Program-made: the position numbers and the translations under genes
Notes under the pieces: model-generated
Databases searched by the model: none
The model's input: the letters and a program-made list of their open reading frames with translations, nothing else
Told to the model about the DNA's origin: nothing
Assembly (NCBI RefSeq): GCF_031769215.1
Contig: NW_026781958.1
Coordinates: forward strand, 2,232,001-2,296,000
Length of the DNA stretch: 64,000 bases
Reading direction: 5' to 3'
Source of the DNA: Ylistrum balloti
Lineage: Eukaryota
Part shown: one piece after another, positions 51,769 through 62,700 of the stretch
How positions within the stretch are numbered: position 1 is the first letter of the stretch
How the letters are laid out: every line of letters begins with the position of its first letter

Positions 51769-53143
51769 ATGGATATCAAGTTATTACTGCTATTTGTGGT
51801 AATGCTGAGCACGATCCACCAAGGTCCTGCTGCTTATCGGGACCTCACGTGGTAAGTTTGGATGATTATTCTGGTGGTGATATGGCAATGAGTATATCGC
51901 TATGCTCAGATTTCGGTGAAGGTTGTGATTGTCGATGGTTCATTTTTTGCGGTTTACCAAAGTTACCACCAAGTTCATTGGAGTCATGAACAAACAAGAT
52001 CGTTTTTCTCTTTATTTATTTATATATTTTCTTAATACTGATTTTTCGTGATTCCACTCCATCCTTGCGGAAAGTAAAACGAAAAAAAATTCAAATTGAA
52101 GATTCTCTACAGTAACATCAAACAGAGTTTTGAAGTAAACAATATGTTGTCCTTAAATCTTATTAGGTATTTCATCATCACGTTGTAACTTTATTTGTGT
52201 AGCGTGGAGTCCGAACCTGGACCTGTGAAAAGATTTTACCATTACATCGCCGCCAACGAAATCAAGAAAGTATGCCCAACGCCAGCCGATTTGATCTTAG
52301 TAAGGATTTTATACCCTAACTATTTGCTGTCAACACGATTCATGTCTTGATTATGATCTTAATGTTGTAAAACTATTTTTCATTGGTCCAAATATCCTAG
52401 GCCTTACCATAAGTTTGAAAAAATTGCTGTTAGGAAACATCGTCTTCCCTATTAATTTGTTTCAGTTATTGTCTTCAATACTTGAAATAGAACTAACAAC
52501 AAACAAAACTCAAAACCCAAAATTTAAACAAGACAAAACAAAAAAGTCCCTCTAAAATAACACCCTTTATAGTGTTTGTATGTTTCGTTCATATGTACAA
52601 AGGAATTTGATACTTATAATATATTATTGTCAAGTCCCTGTGTTGCTATTTATGCGTTTCGTTTCATCCCCATTCCACAATTCACAAATCAGAAGTTTTG
52701 CTATCTAAGTGGGTAGAAAAACCTGTCTATTCCAGCCCAAACGTCTAGTACTTGCACCAATCTACGGAAGAATAATAAAATAAGCGTGTTTAATCTGTTC
52801 CAGAGAACCAGACACGAGGTGCTCTATACCCTTATGTGTGTACTCCTGACTCTGTTTTTGGGATATGCGCCGTCGCTTAAAAACCGAGCCAAAAAGGCAT
52901 TGATGAGCACATTTTCAAAATTCAGAAAATGGAGAAAACGTAAGTTACATGGAATAATTCAAATTTCAGTTACTTCAGTTCAAATGTTCCGAAGGACCAA
53001 TACGATTGCACCATAGCGCGGTGTCCATCGTTTCATCTTTACCTTCAGTTAGGGCGTCCTTGGAGAAGGGACACCTATTGACCATTGATGGTTGGTCTAC
53101 CTCCTGGAGTCAGAGAAGCAGGGAAATAGCGAAGTCGCTTTGA
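51769..53143 (+). CDS. Uncharacterised single-pass membrane protein F (136 aa) with signal peptide and a putative calmodulin-binding helix
   Basis: Exons 51769-51851 (cacaATGg...TG|gtaagt), 52203-52299 (tttgtgtag|...|gtaagg), 52804-52939 (ctgttccag|...|gtaagt), 53049-53143 (tttaccttcag|...TGA). Phases 2/0/1 match with no internal stop. Protein MDIKLLLLFVVMLSTIHQGPAAYRDLTCVESEPGPVKRFYHYIAANEIKKVCPTPADLILRTRHEVLYTLMCVLLTLFLGYAPSLKNRAKKALMSTFSKFRKWRKLRASLEKGHLLTIDGWSTSWSQRSREIAKSL*. No family recognised. Confidence 0.6.
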
Positions 53144-53483
53144 AATCATTCTGTTCGGACGAAGGTGTTAGTACAAATTTAGTAAGAGGCATCCTTCGGT
53201 GAAAAGTGTTCATTTTTGTATAAATGATTGATCTGACCCCTTGGGCTGAGGGATCGAGTCGCTTAGGCGAAAAAACGCGATAGTTTTTCTCTTTTTTGTT
53301 TGTTTTTGTTTTTTTATGTGTGTTTTTGTGCAAGCCGAAATATTCAAGTGACGTTTGAAAATATGTTCTATCTCCGTACGCATATATCTGATTGTTCCTT
53401 TCCAATTGGATATCTGACTAATCAGATAAATCGTGGAATCCTACTATTTTGAAGGTGTATTTGAATATAACTTGTTTGTTTAG

Positions 53484-53753
53484 GTCCTTCACGCTGTCGT
53501 CACTGCGGAACTGTCCCATGTCAGACCAAACGGAGATCATTGTGGAAGCCCTCTGAATCCCGGAATAGGGACAAAGCCAATTTCGCCGAACGAGCAAAAG
53601 CAATGGAATTGTTCAGCTATGGACTTGAGTTATCCGTGGTGTTGACCAAAGAGCTTCCCCGGGATGACCTCTGTCACCAGTTTGAAGAGAAGCAGCTGGT
53701 GCTGTTTCCTCTTTGTATCCAGCGTCAACTATTGGTACCCATTGCCCCGCTAG
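53484..53753 (+). CDS. GC-rich 270-nt symmetric (phase 1-1) exon, possible alternative 3' coding exon of gene F
   Basis: cttgtttgtttag|...CTAG|gtaggt. Only the phase-1 frame is open (PSRCRHCGTVPCQTKRRSLW...LFPLCIQRQLLVPIAPL) and it joins exon 52804-52939 in frame. Confidence 0.4.
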
Positions 53754-54120
53754 GTAGGTTTTTTTAAAGTAATGATTGTAAGGTCTAATAATATTAATGT
53801 AATCATTTATTGTTGTGTTGGTCATTTAAAACTTTAGCTGTGCCTTTTGTAGTGACCAAATTTATTAGTTGTAGTTGTTTTGGTAATCAGTTGTAGATAT
53901 AACTGGCAGCTAACCATTAGCGGTGCATATTGATATATCGCTTCAGGGATCTATTGATTAAGTCATACTGGTCAGTTTGAAAAAAGTTGCAGATCTTGAC
54001 CACTCACAATATCTCCTGTGATGGTGGAATATGTTGTGTAATAAAAAAGATTGGAAATGTGTTTTATCATAATAGATTTATTGCTCTCACTTTCAAGACT
54101 TTTCTGTTACAATCTTTTCA

Positions 54121-55320
54121 ATAAAGGAGATAGGAGGACGATTAAGGAAGATAAAGGAGATAGGATGAAGATAAAGAAGATAGGAGGAAGATAAAGGAAG
54201 ATAAATGAGATAAGAGAAAGATAAAGAAAGATAAAGGAGATAGGAGGACGATAAAGTAGATAGGATGAAGATAAAGAAGATAGGAGGAAGATAAAGGAGA
54301 CAGGAGGAAGATAAAGGAAGATAAAGGAGATAGAAGGAAGATAAAAGAGATAGGAGGACGATAAAGGAGATAGGAAGAAGATAAAGGAGATAGGAGGAAG
54401 ATAAAGGAGATAGGAAGAAGATAAAGGAAGATAAAGGAGATAGGAGGAAGATAAAGGAGATAGGAAGAAGATAAAGGAGATAGGAGGAAGATAAAGGAAG
54501 ATAAAGGAGATAGAAGGAAGATAAAGGAGATAGGAGGACGATAAAGGAAGATAAAGGAAATAGAAGGAAGATAAAGGAGATAGGAGGACGATAAAGGAGA
54601 TAGGAAGAAGATAAAGGAAGATAAAGTAGATAGGATGAAGATAAAGAAGATAGGAGGAAGATAAAGGAGACAGGAGGAAGATAAAGGAAGATAAAGGAGA
54701 TAGAAGGAAGATAAAGGAGATAGGAGGACGATAAAGGAGATAGGAAGAAGATAAAGGAGATAGGAGGAAGATAAAGGAGATAGGAAGAAGATAAAGGAGA
54801 TAGGAGGAAGATAAAGGAAGATAAATGAGATAGGAAGAGGATTAAGGAGATAGCAGGACGATAAAGGAAGATAAAGGAGATAGGAGGACGATAGGAGGAA
54901 GAAAGATGAGATAGGAGGACGATAAAGGAGATAGGAGGAAGATGGAAGAAGATAAAGGAGATAGGAGAAAGATAAATGAAGATAAAGGAGACAGGAGGGA
55001 GATAAATGAAGATAAAGGAGACAGGAGGGAGATAAAAGAAGATAAAGGAGATAGGAGGAAGATAAAGGAGATAGGAGGAAGATATAGGAGATAGAAGGAA
55101 GATAAAGGAGATAGGATGAAGATAGAGGAGATAGAGGATGATAAAGGAGATAGGAGGAAGATAAAGGAGACAGGATGAAGATAGGAGGCAGAAAGAGGAG
55201 ATAGGAGGAAGATAATGGAAGATGAAGGAGATAGGATGAAGACAGAGGAAGATAAAGGAGATAGGATGAAGATTGAGGAGATAGGAGGAAGATAAAGGAA
55301 GATAAATGAGATAGGAGGAA
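54121..55320. repeat. Purine-rich minisatellite (GATAAAGGAGATAGGAGGAA, 10-bp subunits), ~1.2 kb
   Basis: Read directly; plus strand ~90% purine, with GATA recurring about every 10 bp. Confidence 0.96.
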
Positions 55321-56767
55321 GGTATATGAAGGAGCATTGAAGATGTCGAGGGATAGATGGTCCATTCGCTCAGACCAAAGTCATTCACTTGTCACTAATT
55401 ACATGCCCAGTTGTTTGTTTCATGGCTAGGTATATCAACCCGTGAACAGACAGGGTCATTTTTAAGGCAGGGTCTCCTAGTTGTGGCTGGAGTCTACTTC
55501 ACTAAACAACATACAGAAAGCACGCCGCATTTCATCCAGAGCAATCGGAGTGAAGTGTCTGGTCCAAAATCAAAACCCTGACAACACAATAGTCCATTTC
55601 TCTGTTGTACTACTAAAACTGGAATACCCCGTTAAGTCTACCCATTGTTTAAACATATTTTATTGACAATGACATTGACAATAGGATTAGTCAGTAAGTT
55701 TTACCCATTACTCTACTTGATAATAAAAAAATCTTTGTAACGAGATTTAGAGATGGTTTCATCCATTCAGACCATATAGAACACATTATTATATTTATTT
55801 AATACCTAGACGTTGTTTCCGCTTGCTATGGAAGGGAGACAACTTAGGGCTTATATTACGTCCAACGACATATCTTTTATTTCCATCAGATGATGCTTTG
55901 TTAACCAATCAGTGACACTATTCTAATTATGGGGTATAATAATACACGTTCAACAGACGTTACTCACTGATTTTACCTTTTGAAACACATAAGAGACACT
56001 TCCTCATGAATTGTAACAAATTCCGTGTGTTGGATACTACCACATGGTATTACAAACTATGAATTTAAACAAAAAGAAAGACGACAATTTTCGTAGTTGA
56101 TTAATGTATACAAGTTTTAATGATTCAACGCTTAACATATAAACATATATCCTTTTGATGGATATAAACAAACATGGAATGTATATATACAAGTGTGGTG
56201 CTCAGATCTTTTGCTACATTTGAATCTTCATTCATGCCAACAAACCAATCCATAATTAATATTTGGTATTTGTATGAAGCTTACATGGATGGATTTTATC
56301 AACTTGTGTCATAAAAGGGCGTTAATTACAGAATCAGAAAAGGCATTTGTTTTCCTATATTTCATAGCAAGCTTTCATTGAGATCATAATTACACTAAAA
56401 TTTGCTTTATCTCAGCCATAGCCATGGTGTATGCAAAAATAGAATTGAAGCTAAAAGTTTACACGAAACAAATTATTCAGTCTGCCAATTTGTAGTGATA
56501 TAATGAGATGATTTACGTGCACTAGCCAGCTATTTACTTCCTCATGCAATTACACATGTATTGCACACATTTACAGGAAAAGAAACGCATCATGTGTTAA
56601 CACACATGAATTCTGAACACTACTTGAACAGTGCTGGATTTACATGATGTAGTTGCTATGTTTCTTGTACATTTGCGTACACTCTACCGCTTCCCCTCTC
56701 TTGCTGAAGGGTTTAATTCATAAATAATGTCACTTTTCTGTCCTTTGATCTTAAAACCCAGCATTTT

Positions 56768-59488
56768 CTAAGAAGACTGCATCAAAAGTCCTACCACATC
56801 TGAAAATGGAAAAATGACAAAATTAAAAAACACAAAAAACAAAACAGCTAGCTATTATAAAAATTAATTTGGAGACATCTAGTGATTTTGCTTTCAAACC
56901 CTGCCTATATGTTTTAAATTGGAATTCATCATAACATATCAGTAAATTATAATGTACCATCAAAGTTCCCATTCAGAAAGACCCATTATATTAGTGATAT
57001 ACACATATAGTAATGTCTGGAGAAATTTGGTTTCAGAAAAGATTTATTCTATAAATTCCACATTACTTCTAACTCTGAGAAACCGATATTACACTATACC
57101 TTCATAATTAAACTGCCCGTCGACTGTCAACTCAATTTCCCTGATAAGTTCATCCACTTCCTCATCCTTCAGGGGTTCCCCAAGGGTTGTGAGTACGTGA
57201 CGTAGTTCTGATGCACTATTGTAGCCATTACCATCCTTGTCAAATATCCGGAAACAGTCACGAACCGATTCCGGAGTCTCGGTCAGTCCTGCATTTTTCT
57301 GTACAATTCTCTTGCATTCGTCCATATCAAATAATTTACCTCCCTTACCAGTAGCTGAAATCAAGAGACCATAATATTTGAAGATAACTTTTGAGTCCTA
57401 TGATTTTTATTTCTTTTAAGAATGATATAAGACTTTCACATCAATATACTGATAAAAAATGAAGATAAACGCTGGGAATAAATTGACAAAAATGAATATT
57501 TCATTTTGGTACTACTGACAAAATTATAAGTTTAATTCTCAACTGCAAATCTTTCTTCAATGTGAAAAGATAAGATTATGAACTTGTATTTCATCAATGT
57601 CAATAAAGCCACAAAGACTGCATGCTACATTTATACTGAGAAAATATTGTTATTTTCAGGATTTTTTCAACACATTTGACATATGTTAGTGTACTGACGA
57701 TGAGTTAATATGTCATGGCATAAGAAATGTATCATATATATATACACTGTACGTATTTGTAAATAAGAAAGTGAATATATATATGTTAAAAAAGATACAT
57801 ACATGGGTGAAAATGCAATGAAAATGATTAAAAATGACACATATTACATCACCTTGTTCAAAGAGATTATGAAAAGGAAATAAACAATTTGTATGGATTT
57901 TTTTACATTCACATTACAAAACCTACCACTGGCACCATACTCCTGTGCTATAGAGGCGATCTGTGCCTGCGTGGGACACAGTCCTATACTGCGCATGACG
58001 CTGCCTAATTCTATAATGTTTATCTTATGGTCATCATCTTTGTCCTGAATCAGAAAGGCCTCTCTCAACTCTGTAACATTTATCAAAACGTCAGTAGCAT
58101 GTAGACAGGTTATATTTTCATGGGGCTCAATTTTCGTGATCAAAAAATCAACCAAAATAAATTCTCCACAATAATTAATGATTTCACAGTATGTTGAATG
58201 TGTAAGGTGCCCAGAAATTCTTCATCCAACAAAAAACACCAAACAAACAATCTAAACATCGAAATTCAAATTTCAACATCCCTTTTGAAAATGTTGCAAA
58301 TCCATGTATTTGTATTTCACTGAAAAATAGAGTATAATATCTGACCATACATGGTTAAGATTTCCTTAATTATTTTCATTTGAATTAAGTCTATTATCCT
58401 ATTAATTGAAAATATCATTTATGGCAAATATTCTTTCTTAAATTTTGTGGGAAAATAATCTAGTTTGTATCTTGCATCCTTACCGTTCATCATCTTGTCC
58501 ATTCTTTGAGCCTTTAAAAAGAAAATTAAGTTTTATAGTAATTACAATTCATAACAAGATTTAAGAGTTACCTCCCTTCCATTACTTCACATCTTTGTAC
58601 ATCAACAATTTGTTTTTGACAAATTCATCACCGACATTTTCATATATATATACGTTTAGAAACTACAGGGCGTTTCGGATGAAACGTGTCTTACTTAACA
58701 ATAGCTCATTTACAGAGATATCAAGCTATTTTTAGACATACCTGGTACATTCAATTAAGTAGGGTTGTCTAGATAGTCAACTGTTTTATAACAGAATATT
58801 GTATACATGAACACTGCATGCATTGTCAGCTGTACAGTATTGCTTTGTCAGCCTAATACACACAAAAACGAAATTTCAGAACTAGTTAATGCTAAATTAT
58901 AGCACAGCTTTGTCAAAGTAGCCTGCCTTCCGGATCGCAAGTCAGTATCTGTCATTATTTATTTACAACATCAAGATTGATTTTTTTACAACTAAGCTTC
59001 CCGTAGCAGGCTGCTACAATGTCCTGTCGACATCTGTTTTTACACAAAATAACGAATACTGGCTAAATCACACGAAACATCAGTATATGACCTAATTCTG
59101 ATCAGGACGAAAACATGACGGGAGTAAATTAGTAATTAGTCGGGCCGTGGCTATATTTTGTCGATACACATTAGAAAAGTAAATTTAGCTGCAATATATG
59201 TACAACCACAAAACCTGGCAACGTTATGACTTGGTATTGATCGTTCTATATGGGGCGTCCAGTATTTAAACACAAGAACATATCAAGGCGAGAAAAGATA
59301 GGACGGTCCAGGTAAACATGTATGCGTCAACCGGTTTGTGTTGCTCACCTGTATATCCGACCACACCTATACCTGTAATTACCTGTGTAGAGACTATTTT
59401 AGTACTTTCACCTCGAAATACTATAGGTAAAACACAATATATATAACCATATTCAATCCAATTTGTATTAAGAAACGAATCTTACCAT
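56768..59488 (-). CDS. Calmodulin/myosin-light-chain-like protein E (153 aa)
   Basis: Exons ATG 59486-59488 (|gtaaga), 58484-58511 (28 nt), 57927-58070 (144 nt), 57100-57354 (255 nt), 56768-56799 (ccattttcag|...TAG). Protein [45 protein letters not shown]...[61 protein letters not shown] 462 nt. Confidence 0.92.
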
Positions 59489-61116
59489 GTCTGGTGAGTG
59501 TTGGTTTGAATGTGGAGAGCAACTGTATTCTAGTTCCGTCAGGTGTGTGTTGCACAGACTACCGCGCCAGTAGTGTGATTTAACCGGTGTAGGGGGAAAC
59601 ACCGTCCCAAGAACGCTTGACTAGGCGGGCGGTATTTTGAGGTCACCACAGTATCCAGCTGGTGTGCTGTGATATTCCTTGGGGCTTTTTGTTAACATAT
59701 AATCAGTAGGACGACATTTAGAAAGATAAAAAGAAAATGAACTGTATGACTTGTCGCTAGAATTACAACATTTCATTTACGACAGTGAAGAGAGTGACGG
59801 GGAAAACTACCGGTGTGAATACCTGTTATACCCGTACAGAAAAGCACACAGAAGATGAAATTAGTGAGATCAATCATTTTTGTATGATAAAAAAGTTTTG
59901 AAATATTGGGAATTCGAAAAGTACAAGAAATATACTATGTGACACACCTAATCTCAATATAAACAAGATGCAATCACAATTTGTTAATTATCGGAACTCG
60001 TTAAATTCGTTATTGTCTGATTTTTAAAAATTTTATTTGTAATTTAGTGTCCAAATTTATGTCAATCGTTAACCTGGTTAGTAGTTTGGATAAGTCATGT
60101 TGATATGGAGACCTATTGCTACCCATGATGCATCATTCAAAATGACTACAGGACTCTCCCCCCCCCCCCCTCCCCCCCCTTTTTCTTTCTCTCGTCCTCC
60201 CTCTCCGCTTAATCCCATCCCTGGATGTTAAACACAGAATGTCAGGTACACTGTATACAGTAATAGGATTGAAAATATCAAAAATAGACTTTTAAAGTGC
60301 ACGTATTCGTTTTCGGAATTTAGGCCATACATGAAGTAATAATATAATTTAAATATCATGCACGTATTTCAGAAAATACTAACAAGACTTGAATTACTTT
60401 TCATAGAAATTCTGAAACCTATTGAAACCTTAATTTAAACCAAAAAAAAGTTTCAGGTTGCTTTTAAAACACCAGATTGAAAATGTTATTATCCTTTTAT
60501 ATGCTTGCTTGATCCATTTATCAAAATTATTACAATTAAAATCGATCGAAATTATCACAATTAAACATTCCAAAACCTTTATGATTTCAAGGAACAAGAA
60601 TTGTGTGCTTTTTTGTTTTGCCAAAAATACATATGTAAAACGAAGCCCTTTCACGTAACTATGCCTGAATGCTGACCAAGATGCAGTAAGCTCACGTGTT
60701 ACCTATAAGTAACTTCACCAGATAAAGTTGATGGTCTGTGCCATTGACCTCTGTCATTTGACTACAATAGGTCTTTCTGATAACCTGTTATGTTTTTGGC
60801 ATGTGAATACACGTGTCCGCCACAATGGACTACTTGTACAGCACACGGAGTATCGTATCAGATAAAACAGCATCACTTCAGAATGATAGCCCAATACTGT
60901 ATTTTCTGAAGCAAGGCCGATGTATACCGTGCTTTAGGGACTGTTATCAGTGACCACCTATCGTCAAACACTACCTGTGACAATGTGTAATTTATTACAA
61001 GTTTGAATTTAAAATTAGACATTGTCAAAATAGAATGAAAGCATCGCCTTGCTTGAAAATTTAAATGTGTATTTGATAAAAATGAACAAAGGAAAAATGA
61101 TAATGATGATACTAAT

Positions 61117-61297
61117 TCGGGCTAACCTGTTTTAAAGGCCACATTTGTACAAAGGTCACCTGTCTGTAACGGCCACTTTTGTTATTCCCTACGTAGTGCA
61201 ATTTGTGTTAATTGAACCTCTATGTAAAGGCAATTTGTGTATAAAAGCCACTTTACTATGATCCCATGAGCGGCCTTTATAGACAGGTTTAACGGTA
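61117..61297. mobile_element. MITE with imperfect terminal inverted repeats (Tc1/pogo-like ends)
   Basis: Left AACCTGTTTTAAAGGCCAC (61124-61142); right GCGGCCTTTATAGACAGGTTT (61270-61290), whose reverse complement is AAACCTGTCTATAAAGGCCGC; element ends in TA. Confidence 0.7.
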
Positions 61298-62479
61298 TTA
61301 AAAGCATATGACAATAAAATTTAATCATACTTAAATTGATATTTTCCACATATTTTACTGTTTGTGAATGAGCCACACAATTTTTACGCTTTACATGTAC
61401 ATTGCCTATGGTGTAGATTGTAGAAAACAAATGATACTTTATCAACGAAATGTACACAACGTATATTGTGATATCTGATACAGAAATAAAGTATACATAC
61501 AGATGATAATAAACAGCGTCTTCAGAAACGATAGACGTAATTCACAAGTGTGGCTAGTATTTTCGTATCTCTCGCGCGTGTGCAGCACGAGTGAAGATTT
61601 ATCCAATTAGTAGTCACAGAAAATATCACCAAACACTGCAGCCAATACTATACTACACTGCTTATCCTTCATAAACTTTGACATCACCAAAACCATTCTA
61701 GTACCTATTTGTTCAGAAATATTTCATTTTCAAATCATTATCAACCATCAGGTTCATGCCTCACTCTCCTGATAGCCTGATATCAAATATGAATATATAT
61801 CCGAACACGTGATGATTTGGCTAAATGTGTCCAGTCCTGTTATCCATTGTTTCAGGAAGTAATGTGTATTTTTTGTGACGTTTAGTTAAGTGACCCTGTA
61901 TGAATCCGACATTTTCAGAAGCATTTAGCTTTGAGCAGTAAATCATAGTCAGTTGTGGTGAGCACACATTTTAAGGAATTCAGAATAGCTTAATACAGCC
62001 AGGTTTTACACTACGCTGTTTGGTGCCACATAAAATATAAACAAATAATATGTACGATTTCACCCTCCGTAGAATTCATCTCGGAATTTGACTTGCTTTT
62101 CACGAACAACGCTTCTGTTCTGAAGCATATTTCATAATATATATACATGTAAGTCGAAATCACAGAAGAAATATACGAACGACGAAATGATGATTTTAAA
62201 ATCGAGTTTCTGGTTGACAACATTTTCTTCTAGGACTCAGCAGTGATGCTGCAGCACACAGCTGTTTAGTCTTTCTAGGACTTGTCAGGTGTATGATGCA
62301 ATTTAAGTTCATTGCTTAACTCTTCTGTATCTTATCTAAATACTATTAAGTGGCGCTTTTTACTTGTGTGTCTTTGTACGGTCTTGTTTGGCATGCAGTT
62401 AGATGATGTATTCAATGCTATCAACTTGGTTGTCCTTTTTAGGACTTGGCATTCTTTGCATTGACCTTCATATACACAG

Positions 62480-62700
62480 CGGATGTCATAGATAAAGCAG
62501 AAGACGCACAGGATCCAGGGACATCTGGTCTGATTCTCCTTTAAGGTTCTCATGGTCGTTCTGTGTATACATATGTATTGTCGTTCATGGTTCACTCCTG
62601 TGTCATCGATTTTTAGTTTGAATAATAACTTTGCCTTCAGTGACTTGTGTTTTGATTTTATCTCGATTTTTGAACTGCTAATTCCTGATTCTGGGAGTTA
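62480..62700 (+). mobile_element. Retroelement 3' tail copy (same family)
   Basis: AAGCAGAAGACGCACAGGATCCAGGGACATCTGGTCTGATTCTCCTT...TTTAGTTTGAAT. Confidence 0.5.

Noticed and set aside
54093-55388. Two ~400-aa Leu/Ser/Pro/Phe hydrophobic ORFs resembling membrane proteins
   Set aside because: Translations of the pyrimidine strand of the purine-rich satellite; overlapping frames give the same low-complexity text.
4785-59488. Calling any gene true calmodulin (CALM/CaM) or troponin C
   Set aside because: All differ from the nearly invariant calmodulin sequence at many positions, and orthology to troponin C or MLC cannot be set without a tree, so symbols are left blank.
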